Positions 43,400 through 54,800 of a DNA stretch of 64,000 nucleotides are shown here, in pieces; the first letter of the stretch is position 1; every line of letters starts with the position of its first letter. This DNA comes from an uncultured Planctomycetales bacterium (lineage in GTDB: Bacteria > Planctomycetota > Phycisphaerae > UBA1845 > PWPN01), in assembly GCA_964617875.1 (NCBI GenBank), contig CAZUAI010000006.1:23102-87101 (forward strand), read 5' to 3'. The translations under genes and the position numbers were made by a program. The notes beneath the pieces are model-generated. The model did no database searches. It was not told the origin of the DNA and saw nothing but the letters and a program-made list of their open reading frames with translations.

Positions 43400-44870
43400 G
43401 TCCATCCAATGGACGCTCCAGCTGTGGCACGCGGGCCTGCTGGCCGTCGTGCTGATCGGTTTCGGCGTGGCCTCGTTCTTCGGCATTTCCCGATCCCGGT
43501 TTCAGGAACTGGACGCCGAGCTTGAGCGAGCGGTTCAGCTGCTGGCGGCCGGTTTTCGCCCGCCCAAGCTGCCGGGCCCGCAGTCGCGGCCGACGGCCCC
43601 GTCCGATGCGGCGGACGACGGCGCGTGCGACGCGTGGCGGGAACTCCCGATGCCGGAGTTCGAACTGCCCGCCGCTCTGGCAGCGCGGTTCGCGAACGGG
43701 CGGCCGGAATCGGACTACTACGTGATCTGGGACTTCGAAGGCAAGGTCCTGATGTCGTCGAGCGATCGCGCCGCGATTGACGTGCCGTACCCCGGGCCGC
43801 GTCCCGAGAGGTCCGCGCGGCCGCCGGCGCCCGGCCCGCCTCAGATCCGGGGGCGGGGCGAGTTTCGCGAGGCGTACGTGAACGGTCCCCTGTGGACGCG
43901 GATCCTGATCGGCACGTCCACGCGTCCGACGCAGACCGAATTACGGCGCCTGGCCTTCCTGCTGGCGGCGATCGGCGCCGGCGTGCTGGTCGTCGGGTTG
44001 GCAGGCGGGTGGCTGGTCTCTCTGCGCGCCGTGAGGCCGATCCGCGCGATCACAAGGGTGGCGCGGGAGATCTCCGCGTCGAACCTGTCCCGCCGCATCC
44101 CCGCCGACAAGCTCCAAAGCGAACTCGGGAGCCTCGCCGCCGTTCTGAACGAGATGTTTGCCCGGCTTGACGCGGCGTTTCAGCAGCAGGTCCGCTTCAC
44201 GGCCGACGCGTCCCACGAGCTTCGCACGCCGCTGTCCGTCATCCACACCCATGCCCAGCTGGCCCTTTCGCGGGAGCGATCGGCCGACGAGTACCGCAAG
44301 ACGATTGAGACGTGCCAGCGGGCATCCAGCCGGATGAAGGATCTCGTGGACTCGCTCCTGCTCCTGGCCGGTGCCGACGCCGGCCGGCTCTCGCTGAACC
44401 GGCAGCGTGTCGACCTGCGGACCGTTGTGGAAAACTGCATCGCCATGGTGGCCCCTCTGGCCGACGCCAGGGGCGTTGTCATCGAAGGCGACTTGCGTCC
44501 CGCGGAGCTGAGCGTTGACGCGTCTCGGGTCACCCAGGTCACCACGAACCTTCTTACCAATGCAATCCGGTACAACCGCAGGGACGGTCGTGTCGCCGTC
44601 TCACTGAAGATGAACGACGCCGGGGCGGTGCTGACGATCAGCGATACGGGTCTCGGGATCCCCGTCGAGAACCAACCGCATATCTTCGAGCGCTTCTACC
44701 GCGTCGACAAGGCCCGGAGCCGCGAAGAAGGCGGCAGCGGCCTGGGGCTGGCCATCTGCAAGGCCATCGTCGAGGCGCACGGCGGGGCGATTTCGTTTCG
44801 CAGCGAACCCGGCCGGGGGACCACGTTCGAAGTCCGGCTGCCGCGTGGTGCCTCTTCGGGCCCGGATTGA
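43392..44870 (+). CDS. sensor histidine kinase
   Basis: 8-nt overlap with the RR gene. Two TM helices, a HAMP-like region, H-box SHELRTPLSVI and ATPase motifs NLLTNAIRYN and GGSGLGLAICKAIVEAHGG. Confidence 0.85.
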   Translation: MFRSIQWTLQLWHAGLLAVVLIGFGVASFFGISRSRFQELDAELERAVQLLAAGFRPPKLPGPQSRPTAPSDAADDGACDAWRELPMPEFELPAALAARFANGRPESDYYVIWDFEGKVLMSSSDRAAIDVPYPGPRPERSARPPAPGPPQIRGRGEFREAYVNGPLWTRILIGTSTRPTQTELRRLAFLLAAIGAGVLVVGLAGGWLVSLRAVRPIRAITRVAREISASNLSRRIPADKLQSELGSLAAVLNEMFARLDAAFQQQVRFTADASHELRTPLSVIHTHAQLALSRERSADEYRKTIETCQRASSRMKDLVDSLLLLAGADAGRLSLNRQRVDLRTVVENCIAMVAPLADARGVVIEGDLRPAELSVDASRVTQVTTNLLTNAIRYNRRDGRVAVSLKMNDAGAVLTISDTGLGIPVENQPHIFERFYRVDKARSREEGGSGLGLAICKAIVEAHGGAISFRSEPGRGTTFEVRLPRGASSGPD

Positions 44871-44928
44871 CCCCGTCGCCGAGACGATCCAGCGTCAAGC
44901 CGCATTTCTGTGACCCATCTTCATCTCG

Positions 44929-44941
44929 CCTTAAGGTTCGC
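44929..44941 (+). promoter_or_regulatory. conserved 13-mer CCTTAAGGTTCGC, copy 2 (upstream of the macA-like gene)
   Basis: Identical to 42678-42690, followed by N5 and TAGGAT (44947-44952), 67 nt before the ATG at 45019. Confidence 0.45.
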
Positions 44942-45018
44942 CGTGGTAGGATCCGGTGGAACGATCGAGCGATGCGTTGGCGGGAGTTGCGCGAAGAGCC
45001 GACGGCTCGGGACTGACG

Positions 45019-46401
45019 ATGAAAAAGATCCTGGCGTTCATCCTTCTCGCGGGTTTGCTCGTCGGGGGCGGCGCGGGCTACTGGCGCCGCGGCAGCACCA
45101 CGGCCGTGTCCTTTCGCACGGAGCCGGTCCGGCGGGGAGACATGGTCGTCTGCATCAGCGCCACCGGCACCGTGGAGCCGGAGGAGGTCATCGACGTCGG
45201 CGCGCAGGTCGCCGGCCAGATCCTGTCGTTCGGCAAGGACGCCAACGGGCGAACGGTGGACTACGGTTCTCCGGTCGAAGCGGGCACCGTCCTGGCGAGA
45301 ATCGATGATGCCCTTTACACCTCCGAGGTGACGCAGGCCGGGGCGCAGGTCTTGTCGGCGCAGGGGGGGCTGAGGCGCGCCGAGGCCGACCTGGAGCAGG
45401 CGAAGGCCAGGCTCTTCCAGGCCGAGCGAAACTGGGAGCGCGCTCAGCAGCTCGGTTCCTCGTCGGCCCTGGCAGGCACGGAGTATGACAATTACAGGGC
45501 GGGCTACGACTCGGCAAAGGCGAGTGTCGAGATTGCCGAGGCGGCGATCGTTCAGGCCAGGGGCGGCCTTGCCCAGGCCGAGGGCATGCTGGACCGCGCG
45601 AAGCGCAATCTCGGCTACACCACGATCACGTCGCCGGTCAAGGGCGTCATCATCGATCGGCGCGTCAACATCGGCCAGACCGTCGTCGCGAGCCTGAACG
45701 CCCCCAGCCTTTTCCTGATCGCCAAGGACCTCACCCGCATCCAGGTCTGGGTGGCCGTGAACGAGGCGGACATCGGCCGCCTGCGTCCCGGCCAGCCCGT
45801 GACATTCACGGTGGATGCGTTTCCGGGCGAGTCATTCAAGGGGCAGGTTGGCAAGATCCGTCTGAATGCCTCCATGACACAGAACGTCGTCACCTACACG
45901 GTGGAGGTGGTGGCCGACAATCCCGACGGACGACTGCTGCCGTACCTCACGGCGAACGTCAAGTTCGAACTGAGTCGCCATGACAACGTGCTGATGGTGC
46001 CCGCCGCCGCGTTGCGATGGACGCCCGCCCGGGAGCAGGTCTCGCCGGAGGCTCGCCGGGCCCTCGAGGAGCCGCGTGCCGCTGCCGTGTCGGCAGTCGT
46101 TTCGCCATCCGCACTGCTCGCGGCGCCGTCGTCCGGAGCGGCCTCGCAGCCTGCATCCGTGCCGGGCGACGGACAGGAGCAGGGCGTGGTCTGGGTTCCG
46201 GATGGACCGTATGTGCGGCCCGTCTTCGTCCGCGTGGGCCTGACCGACGACGTCATGACGGAGGTTCAGGGCGCCGGCGTGGCGGAAGGCGTAAACGTCG
46301 TGACGGGTCAGGACGAGGGCGAGACCGCCTCGACCGGCAGCAACCCGTTCCTGCCCAAGATACCAAGGGGCGGAAAGGGCGGGCCGCCGCCGCCCATGTA
46401 G
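45019..46401 (+). CDS. MacA/HlyD-type periplasmic adaptor
   Basis: MKKILAFILLAGLLVGG anchor, then lipoyl, coiled-coil and beta-barrel regions (GYTTITSPVKGVIIDRRVNIGQ; VVTYTVEVVADNPDGRLLPYLTANV). Confidence 0.8.
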   Translation: MKKILAFILLAGLLVGGGAGYWRRGSTTAVSFRTEPVRRGDMVVCISATGTVEPEEVIDVGAQVAGQILSFGKDANGRTVDYGSPVEAGTVLARIDDALYTSEVTQAGAQVLSAQGGLRRAEADLEQAKARLFQAERNWERAQQLGSSSALAGTEYDNYRAGYDSAKASVEIAEAAIVQARGGLAQAEGMLDRAKRNLGYTTITSPVKGVIIDRRVNIGQTVVASLNAPSLFLIAKDLTRIQVWVAVNEADIGRLRPGQPVTFTVDAFPGESFKGQVGKIRLNASMTQNVVTYTVEVVADNPDGRLLPYLTANVKFELSRHDNVLMVPAAALRWTPAREQVSPEARRALEEPRAAAVSAVVSPSALLAAPSSGAASQPASVPGDGQEQGVVWVPDGPYVRPVFVRVGLTDDVMTEVQGAGVAEGVNVVTGQDEGETASTGSNPFLPKIPRGGKGGPPPPM

Positions 46402-46431
46402 GCGGGTCGCCGATTGCCGTGGCCGTACCCG

Positions 46432-47181
46432 ATGCCAATGATCCGGCTTCATGACATCTGCAAGACGTACCACATCGGCGAAATCAGCCTGCCGGTGCTG
46501 AAGAATGTCTCCCTGAGCGTCGAGCGCGGCGAGCTGGTTGCCCTTATGGGCGCCTCCGGCTCGGGCAAGAGCACGTTGATGAACATCCTGGGCTGCCTCG
46601 ACCGGCCGACTTCCGGCCGGTACTGGCTTGACGGCCGGGACGTGTCGGGGCTCTCGGTCGTCGAGCGGGCGATGGAAAGGAACCGGAGGATCGGCTTCGT
46701 CTTTCAGAATTTCAACCTTCTGCCGCGTACGAGCGCATTGGACAATGTGGCCATGCCGCTTTCTTACGCGGCTGAGCACCTTTCCGAGCGCGAGTGCCGC
46801 CGCCGCGCACAGGAGATGCTTTGCCGGTTCGGCCTGCAGGATCGACTGCATCACGAGCCGTCGCAGCTCTCGGGCGGCCAGCAACAGCGGGTGGCCATCG
46901 CCCGCGCGCTGATTCACCGGCCTCCTCTGCTGTTCGCCGACGAGCCGACCGGCAACCTGGACTCCCGAACGAGCGTCGAGGTCCTTCGCATGTTTCAGCG
47001 TCTGAACGAGGAAGACGGTCTGACCATCATCCTGGTGACGCACGACGCGAACGTGGCCAGGTTCGCCCGGCGGGTCATTCATATTCGCGACGGCACGATC
47101 TCCGACGGATCCTTCTCCGACGACGGCCCCGTGCAGCCGGTTTCCGGAGCGGAGTGCGTGGAGGGAGGAGCCTGCATATGA
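46432..47181 (+). CDS. ABC transporter ATP-binding protein (MacB/LolD type)
   Basis: Walker A GASGSGKST, signature LSGGQQQRVAIARAL, Walker B LLFADEPTGNLD. ORF-track start 46414 is TTG. Confidence 0.9.
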   Translation: MPMIRLHDICKTYHIGEISLPVLKNVSLSVERGELVALMGASGSGKSTLMNILGCLDRPTSGRYWLDGRDVSGLSVVERAMERNRRIGFVFQNFNLLPRTSALDNVAMPLSYAAEHLSERECRRRAQEMLCRFGLQDRLHHEPSQLSGGQQQRVAIARALIHRPPLLFADEPTGNLDSRTSVEVLRMFQRLNEEDGLTIILVTHDANVARFARRVIHIRDGTISDGSFSDDGPVQPVSGAECVEGGACI

Positions 47182-48545
47182 GAATCCTGCGTACCACCCG
47201 GACCGCCCTGCGGGCGCTGCGGCGGAACCCGATGCGGGCGACGCTGACGACGCTGGGGATCGTGATCGGCGTCGGGGCGGTGATCGCCATGATGGAAATC
47301 GGCGCGGGCTCCGCGGCGCAGATCCAGAAGGGCATCTCCAGCATGGGGGCCAACGTGTTGCTCATCATGCCGGGGACCGCGTCCACGGCCGGCGTGAGCA
47401 CCGGCAGCGTGACCACGCTCACCCCGCAGGACTGCGACGCCATTGTCCGCGAGTGCCCGGCCATCCGGACGGCTGCCCCGGTCGTGCGGGCCCGCACGCA
47501 GGTGGTCTGCGGCAGTCGCAACTGGCAACCCAATTCGATCTACGGGACGACGGCGGCCTTTCTGGAAGTGAGGCAACTGGGCCCCATGGCGCAAGGGAGC
47601 ATGTTCACGGACCGGGACATTCTCAATGGGAACCGCGTGTGCGTCATCGGAAAGACGCTGGTGCGGGAGCTGTTCCAGGGCCAATCGCCCATCGGGAGGG
47701 AGATCCGCGTCAAGAACGTGACGTTTCGGGTCATCGGGGTGCTGCGGAGCAAAGGGGCCAACATGATGGGGATGGACCAGGACGACATCCTGATTGCGCC
47801 CTGGTCCACGATCAGGTCCCGCGTGACCGGTTCCACGCTGGAGAACGCCAGCCAGAGCATCAGCAGCGGGTCCGGCAGCAGTTCCGTCAACACCCTGAGC
47901 AACCTTTACCCCAGCGGCCAGACGAGCCTGTATCCCCAGCGCAGCGAGGCCCAGATCGCCAACTACCCGATGCCGGTGCGCTTCACGAACGTCGATCAGA
48001 TTCTTGCGACCGCCCGGAACACCCAATCCATTCCCGCGGCCATGCGGCAGGTGAGGGACGTGCTGCGCCGCCGTCATCGCCTCGGCGCTGAAGACGCCGA
48101 CGATTTCGACCTGCGCGACATGACGGAGATGAGCAACGTGCTCACCTCCACGACCACGCTGATGACCAACCTGCTGCTGTGCGTGGCGACGATCTCGCTC
48201 GTCGTCGGCGGCGTCGGGATCATGAATATCATGCTGGTCTCGGTGACGGAGCGCACCCGCGAAATCGGGCTGCGCATGGCCGTGGGCGCCCAGCCGCGCG
48301 ACATTCTGCGACAGTTTCTGGTCGAGGCCGTCGTCCTGTGCCTGCTCGGCGGGGCAATCGGGATTTCGCTGGGGCGGGGAGCCTCGACACTGGTCCGGCT
48401 GCTGCTCGGCTGGCCGACGGCAATCTCCGTGGGAGCGATCCTCGCGGCGGTGCTGGTTTCCGCGAGCGTCGGGATGCTGTTCGGCTATTACCCGGCATGG
48501 AAGGCCTCCCGTCTCGATCCGATCGAGGCGCTGCGCTACGAATGA
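47178..48545 (+). CDS. ABC transporter permease (MacB/FtsX type)
   Basis: ATGA overlap with the ATPase gene. MRILRTTRTALRALRRNPMRATLTTLGIVIGVGAV, a large periplasmic loop and a C-terminal FtsX fold (ERTREIGLRMAVGAQPRDI). Confidence 0.85.
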   Translation: MRILRTTRTALRALRRNPMRATLTTLGIVIGVGAVIAMMEIGAGSAAQIQKGISSMGANVLLIMPGTASTAGVSTGSVTTLTPQDCDAIVRECPAIRTAAPVVRARTQVVCGSRNWQPNSIYGTTAAFLEVRQLGPMAQGSMFTDRDILNGNRVCVIGKTLVRELFQGQSPIGREIRVKNVTFRVIGVLRSKGANMMGMDQDDILIAPWSTIRSRVTGSTLENASQSISSGSGSSSVNTLSNLYPSGQTSLYPQRSEAQIANYPMPVRFTNVDQILATARNTQSIPAAMRQVRDVLRRRHRLGAEDADDFDLRDMTEMSNVLTSTTTLMTNLLLCVATISLVVGGVGIMNIMLVSVTERTREIGLRMAVGAQPRDILRQFLVEAVVLCLLGGAIGISLGRGASTLVRLLLGWPTAISVGAILAAVLVSASVGMLFGYYPAWKASRLDPIEALRYE

Positions 48546-48555
48546 GGAATGCAAG

Positions 48556-50181
48556 ATGGCGGATACAGATGCGCGACGTGTCGCACTCCGTGCCGCAGGG
48601 CTCGGTCTGCTCTGCGCCCTGGCTTCCGGATGCGCCGTCGGACCGGATTACAGGCGCCCGGACCTGCCCGTGCCGGCCGGGTGGACCGGCCTGCGATCGG
48701 ACGCGGCAGCGACGCAGCCCGCAACCCCGACGACCCGGCCGACCGGCGAGCCTTGTGATGTCGCCGCGTGGTGGAAGAGGCTGAACGATCCGACGCTGGA
48801 CTCGCTGATCGACCGGGCCGTCCGGTCCAACCTGGACCTGAAGATCGCCACCGCTCGTGTCCGCGAGGCAAGGGCACAGCGCAACGTGGCGGCCTCCGCC
48901 CTCTGGCCGCAGATCGCCTCGTCGGGCCACTACAACTACAGCGGGGCCAGCCTGAACGCCGGTCCCGAGTCCTCAGGCAACACCAGCGTGCTCAAGGACG
49001 CGCGGAACACGGCCATCAACGCGGCCGTCCGGTCACTGACGTCCGGCCAGGGGATCGACCCCGCACAGATCGCTTCAAGCACGGCCAACCAGGTTGTCTC
49101 GCAGGTCATCAACAGGAAGCTCACGGACGACGCCGGGACTTCGCACCGCGGCCAGAACATGTTTCAGGCGGGGTTCGACGCGAGTTGGGAGCTGGATGTC
49201 TTCGGCGGCACGCGTCGCGGAGTCGAGGCGGCCGACGCGGATGCCACGGCCGCCGCCGATGATCGACGGGGTGTGATCGTGTCGCTGGTATCGGAGGTGG
49301 CGCTCAACTATGCGCAGTTGAGGGGATACCAGAAACGATTGGCGATCGCCCTGCAGAACGTCGAGGCGCAGCGCAAGACGGTCGAGCTGACACAGGAGCG
49401 GCTCTCGGCCGAATTCGCGAGCAGGTTGGAGGTGGCGCAGGCCCGAACGCAGCTCGCCACCACGGCATCGCAGGTCCCCGTCCTGGAGGATGCCATTCGT
49501 CAGACCATCTACCGCCTGGGCGTCCTGCTTGGGCTCCCGCCGGGCGCGCTCCTGCCCGAACTGGAGAAGGCGGCGGCGCTTCCCGCGAACCCGCCCGACG
49601 TGCCCATCGGCCTGCCTTCGGACCTGCTTCGCCGCCGACCGGACGTGTGTTCCGCCGAACGCCAACTGGCGGCGGCCACCGCGCGGATCGGGGAGGCCGT
49701 CGCCGATCTGTTCCCGAAGTTCTCTCTCACGGGCGCCTTCGGAACCCAGAGTCGGGATGCCCGCTACGTGCTCGATCGCAACAGCCTCACGTGGTCGGTC
49801 GGACCGGCGGTCTCCTGGCCGATCTTCCAGGGCGGCCGGATCGTGGCGAACATCGAGATACAGAACGCCCGCCAGGAGCAGGCTCTGGCTGCATACGAGC
49901 AGACGGTGTTGAACGCGCTGAAAGAAGTGGAGACCGCGCTCTCCGCCTACTCGAATGAACAGCTGCGCCGCCAGACGCTTCAGGAAGCCGTTCAGACGAG
50001 CCGGCAGGCGACCGAGTTGAGCATGCAGCTCTACGTCCGCGGAATGACGGCGTTTCTGAACGTGCTCGAAGCGCAACGCGCGACGTACGTGTCCGAGGAG
50101 GCCCTCGTTCAGAGCGACACGGCCATCATCACCAGCCTGATCGCCCTGTACAAGGCCCTCGGCGGGGGGTGGGAGGGCTGA
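48556..50181 (+). CDS. NodT-family outer-membrane efflux lipoprotein
   Basis: Lipobox LASGC followed by AVGPDYRRP, with two OEP repeats. Confidence 0.85.
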   Translation: MADTDARRVALRAAGLGLLCALASGCAVGPDYRRPDLPVPAGWTGLRSDAAATQPATPTTRPTGEPCDVAAWWKRLNDPTLDSLIDRAVRSNLDLKIATARVREARAQRNVAASALWPQIASSGHYNYSGASLNAGPESSGNTSVLKDARNTAINAAVRSLTSGQGIDPAQIASSTANQVVSQVINRKLTDDAGTSHRGQNMFQAGFDASWELDVFGGTRRGVEAADADATAAADDRRGVIVSLVSEVALNYAQLRGYQKRLAIALQNVEAQRKTVELTQERLSAEFASRLEVAQARTQLATTASQVPVLEDAIRQTIYRLGVLLGLPPGALLPELEKAAALPANPPDVPIGLPSDLLRRRPDVCSAERQLAAATARIGEAVADLFPKFSLTGAFGTQSRDARYVLDRNSLTWSVGPAVSWPIFQGGRIVANIEIQNARQEQALAAYEQTVLNALKEVETALSAYSNEQLRRQTLQEAVQTSRQATELSMQLYVRGMTAFLNVLEAQRATYVSEEALVQSDTAIITSLIALYKALGGGWEG

Positions 50182-50290
50182 AGACGCTCCATCGCCGCGG
50201 CCGCGTTCCGGGCGACGGCCGCGTTGCCGCCGGCGGGGGCCGCGCCATGCGGACCCATCCGGAGTCCCTCCGGAGGGATCGCGGCGGGGG

Positions 50291-51757
50291 TCACACGCGC
50301 GGCAGGTCGCCGGGGCCCTTGGTCGGCAGTTCGGTGTGGCCCATGAGGAAGCGGTCCACGCCGCGGGCCGCCTCGCGGCCTTCGCTGATCGCCCAGACGA
50401 CGAGCGACTGGCCCCGCCGCATGTCGCCCGCCGCGAAGACGCCCGGCACGTTCGTCATGTATTCGGCGTCCGTCGCGACGTTGCCCCGCGCGTCGAGCTT
50501 CACGCCGAGCTGCGCGATCGGGCCGCCGGGCTCCGGTCCGACGAAGCCCATCGCCAGCAGCACGAGGTCCGCCGGCCAGTCGCGGTCGCTGCCGGCCACC
50601 TCGCGCATCTGCGGCCCCCGGCCGTCGGGGGCCGGCACGAACTCGACGTCCACCGTGTGGAGCCGCCGGACGCGGCCGCCCGCACCCGCAAACTCCTTCG
50701 TCAGGATGCTCCAATACCGCTCGCAGCCTTCTTCGTGCGAGCTGCTTGTGCGGAGCTTCATCGGCCAGTAGGGCCACGGCTGGCCCGGCGGCCGGCCTTC
50801 GGGCGGCCTGGGCAGCAGCTCGAACTGTGTGACCGACCTCGCCCCGTGCCGGTTCGACGTCCCGACGCAGTCGCTGCCGGTGTCGCCGCCGCCGATGACG
50901 ATCACGTGCTTGTCCGTTGCGAGGATCGGCCGTGCGTCCGCCAGGGTGTCGCCGGCGACGCGGCGGTTCTGCTGCGTGAGGAAGTCCATCGCAAAGTGGA
51001 TGCCGTCGAGGCCGCGGCCCGGAATCGGCAGGTCGCGCGGCTTCGTGGCCCCGCCGCAAAGCACGATTGCGTCGAACGGCTCGAGCTGCGAAACGGGGAA
51101 GTCCCGCCCGACGTCGACGCCCGGCCGGAAGAGGATGCCCTCGTCCTCCAGGATCTTCAGGCGCCGATCGAGAACCCACTTCTCGAGCTTGAAGTCGGGG
51201 ATGCCGTACCGCAGCAGGCCGCCGATGCGGTCCGCCCGTTCGAACACGACGACGGAGTGCCCGGCGCGGTTGAGCTGCTGCGCGCAGGCGAGGCCCGCCG
51301 GCCCGGAGCCGATCACCGCGACCATCTTGCCCGTGCGGTGCTTCGGCGGCTCGGGGCGGATCCAGCCGGCCTCGAAGGCGTGCTCGGCGACGGCGTACTC
51401 GATCCGCTCGATCGTCACCGGCGGTTCGTTGATGCCCAGCACGCACGCCTCTTCGCACGGCGCGGGGCAGACGCGGCCGGTGAACTCGGGGAAGTTGTTC
51501 GTCGCGTGCAGCTCGGCGATCGCCGGCTCCCACAGGCCGCGGTAGACGAAGTCGTTCCAGTCGGGGATGAGGTTTCCCAGCGGACAGCCCGGGTGGCAGA
51601 ACGGCACGCCGCAGTCCATGCACCGCGCCGCCTGGCGTCGCAGCCGCTCCTCGGGAAAGGGCATGTAGACGTCAAGCGAGTCGCGGAGGCGCTCCTCGAC
51701 CGGACGCCGTTCGGGCGTTTCACGCGGGTATTCACGGAAACCGGTGGGCTTACCCAT
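50291..51757 (-). CDS. gltD: glutamate synthase small subunit
   Basis: [13 protein letters not shown]..., Cys clusters [10 protein letters not shown] and [17 protein letters not shown] fold [14 protein letters not shown]. The ORF-track start at 52129 lies upstream in the gltB tail. Confidence 0.9.
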   Translation of the reverse strand: MGKPTGFREYPRETPERRPVEERLRDSLDVYMPFPEERLRRQAARCMDCGVPFCHPGCPLGNLIPDWNDFVYRGLWEPAIAELHATNNFPEFTGRVCPAPCEEACVLGINEPPVTIERIEYAVAEHAFEAGWIRPEPPKHRTGKMVAVIGSGPAGLACAQQLNRAGHSVVVFERADRIGGLLRYGIPDFKLEKWVLDRRLKILEDEGILFRPGVDVGRDFPVSQLEPFDAIVLCGGATKPRDLPIPGRGLDGIHFAMDFLTQQNRRVAGDTLADARPILATDKHVIVIGGGDTGSDCVGTSNRHGARSVTQFELLPRPPEGRPPGQPWPYWPMKLRTSSSHEEGCERYWSILTKEFAGAGGRVRRLHTVDVEFVPAPDGRGPQMREVAGSDRDWPADLVLLAMGFVGPEPGGPIAQLGVKLDARGNVATDAEYMTNVPGVFAAGDMRRGQSLVVWAISEGREAARGVDRFLMGHTELPTKGPGDLPRV

Positions 51758-51882
51758 TCGTGACACCGTCCTTCCTCTTCCAGGCGCGACTCCGGCCCCC
51801 GGACCCGGCCGGCGGGCGAACCTTCGCCGCCGCGGGCACGCCGCCCCGGAGAACCGCCCGCCCCCCGCGCTCCCGTACGTCG

Positions 51883-54800
51883 CTATGCATACGCCGGCAC
51901 CGGTCCTTTCTGGTGCGGTCGGCCCTCGGCCGCCAGCCGCTGCAGCGCCCGCTTGTAGTCGGTCGGCATCACCTTTACGAAGTCCTCGAGCGCCTCGTCC
52001 CAATGGTCGAGCACGGCCTTCGCCCGCGCGCTCTCCGTGTACAGGAAGTGATTCTCGATCAATTCCCGCAGGTCGGCGATGTCGTCCGCGTCGGTCACCT
52101 TCTCCAGCTCCACCATTTCGAGGTTGCACCGGACCCGGCCGAAGTCGCCGGCCTCGTCCAGTACGTAGGCGATGCCGCCGCTCATGCCCGCGGCGAAGTT
52201 CCGCCCCGTCGGGCCCAGGACCGCCACGCGCCCGCCGGTCATGTACTCACACCCGTGGTCGCCCACGCCCTCGACGACCGCCCGCGCGCCGCTGTTGCGG
52301 ACGCAGAACCGTTCGCCCGCCAGCCCGCGGATGTACGCCTCGCCGCCGGTCGCGCCGTAGAGGGCGACGTTGCCGATGAGGATGTTCTCCTCCGCGACGA
52401 AGGTCGCCTCGCGCGGCGGGCGGATGATGAGCTTCGCCCCCGAGAGCCCCTTGCCGAAATAGTCGTTCGCGTCGCCCTCGACGCGCATCGTCAGACCCCG
52501 CGCGCCGAACGCGCAGAAGCTCTGCCCGGCCGAGCCGCGGCAGCGGACCACGATGGTGTCGTCCGGCAGGCCGTCCGCGCCGTGCCGCCGCGAGATCTCG
52601 CTGCTGAGCATCGTGCCGACCGTGCGGTGGACGTTGCGGATCGGCAGGTCGATCTCGACCCGTTCGCCGCGTTCCAGCGCCGGCCGGGCCCTCTCGATCA
52701 GGCCGTGGTCGAGCGCCGCCTCGAGCCCGTGCTCCTGCTGCGTGAGGCAGTGCTTGCCGACATAGGCCGGCACCTCGGGCTGGTACAGGATGTTCGAGAG
52801 GTCGAGCCCCCGGGCCTTCCAGTGATCGACGGCCTTGCGCGGCTCCAGCTTGTCCGACCGTCCCACCATCTCGTGGATCGTCCGGAAGCCGAGGCTCGCC
52901 ATGATCTGCCGCAGCTCCTCCGCGACGAAGTAGAGGAAGTTGATCACGTACTCCGGTTTGCCGGTGAACTTCCGGCGCAGCTCGGGATCCTGCGTCGCGA
53001 CGCCGACGGGGCACGTGTTCAGGTGGCACTTCCGCATCATGACGCAGCCGGAGACGACCAGCGGGGCCGTCGCGAAGCCGAACTCCTCGGCCCCGAGGAG
53101 GCAGGCGATCGCGACGTCGCGGCCGGTCTTGAGCTGCCCGTCGCACTCGACGACGATGCGGCTCCGCAGATCGTTCAGCACGAGCGTCTGGTGCGTTTCG
53201 GCGAGGCCCAGCTCCCACGGCAGGCCGGCGTGCTTGATCGACGACTGCGGCGAGGCGCCCGTGCCCCCGTCGTGTCCGCTGATGAGCACGACGTCGGCCT
53301 TGCCCTTTGCCACGCCCGCCGCCACGATCCCCACGCCGACCTCGGCGACCAGCTTCACGCTGATCCGCGCCCTGGGGTTGGCGTTCTTCAGGTCGTGGAT
53401 GAGCTGCGCGAGATCCTCGATCGAGTAGATGTCGTGGTGCGGCGGCGGGGAGATGAGCTGGACGTACGGCGTCGAGTGGCGGACCCTGGCGATCCAGGGG
53501 TAGACCTTCTCGGCCGGAAGCTGGCCGCCCTCGCCCGGCTTGGCGCCCTGGGCCATCTTGATCTGCAGCTCGTTCGCGTTGACGAGGTAGTGGTTCGTCA
53601 CGCCGAAGCGCGCCGACGCCACCTGCTTGATCGCGCTGTTTCGCCAGGTACCGTCCGGCTCCGGCGTGAAGCGGGCGGGGTCCTCGCCGCCTTCGCCGCT
53701 GTTGCTCCGGCCGCCGATGCGGTTCATCGCGATCGCCAGCGTCTCGTGCGCCTCCTGGCTGATCGAGCCGTACGACATCGCGCCGGTCTTGAACCGTTTG
53801 ACGATCTCCGTCCACGGCTCGACCTCGTCGAGCGGGATCGGCTTGTCCAGCGTCTTGAACTCGAGCAGGCCGCGGAGCGTGCACAGCGCCCGGCTCTGGT
53901 CGTTGATCAGCGCGGCGTATTCGGCGTAGGTCTTCGCGTTGTTTTCGCGCGTGGCCTGCTGCAACCGGGCGATCGTGAGCGGGTTGAAGAGGTGGCGTTC
54001 GCCGTTCCGCCGCCACTGGTACTGCCCGCCGACGTCCAGATCGAGCACGGCGGCGACCTCCCGCGGCGGGTAGGCCCGCTCGTGCCGCCGCCGGGCCTCG
54101 AGCGCGACCGTCTCGAGGCCGATCCCCCCGATGCGCGACGGGGTCCAGGGGAAGTACGTGCGGATCAGCTGTTCGCTCAGGCCGACGGCCTCGAACACCT
54201 GCGCCCCGCGGTAGCTCTGGAGCGTCGAGATGCCCATCTTCGACATCGTCTTGAGGACGCCCTTGTCGGCCGCCTTCACGTAGTTCTTCTTCGCCGTCTC
54301 GGCCGAGACCTCCGTCAACTGTCCCGTGGCGACCATGTCCTCGATGCTCTCGAAGGCGAGATACGGGTTGATCGCCCCGGCGCCGTAGCCGAACAGCAGA
54401 CAGAAGTGATGCACCTCGCGCGGCTCGCCGCTCTCGATCACCAGGCCGCACTGCGTCCGGCGACCCTCGCGGACGAGGTGATGGTGCACCGCGGACGTCG
54501 CCAGCAGCGCCGGAATCGGGGCATTGTCGCGGTCCGCGGGCCGGTCGGAGAGGATCAGGATCGAGTAGCCGTTCCGCACCGCCCACGACGCCCGGGCACA
54601 GAGTTCGTCCAGCGCCGCCTCCATCGCCCCCGCGCCGCCCCGCGCCTCGAACACGATCGGCAGCGTGATCGAGGCCAGCCCCTCGGCCTTCAGCGCCCGG
54701 ATCCGCTCCAGTTCTTCGTTGGTGAGGATGGGCCGGTCCACCCGGAGCTGGCGGCAGTGGCGCGGCGTCTCCTGGAACAGGTCCTGCTCCGCGCCCAGCG

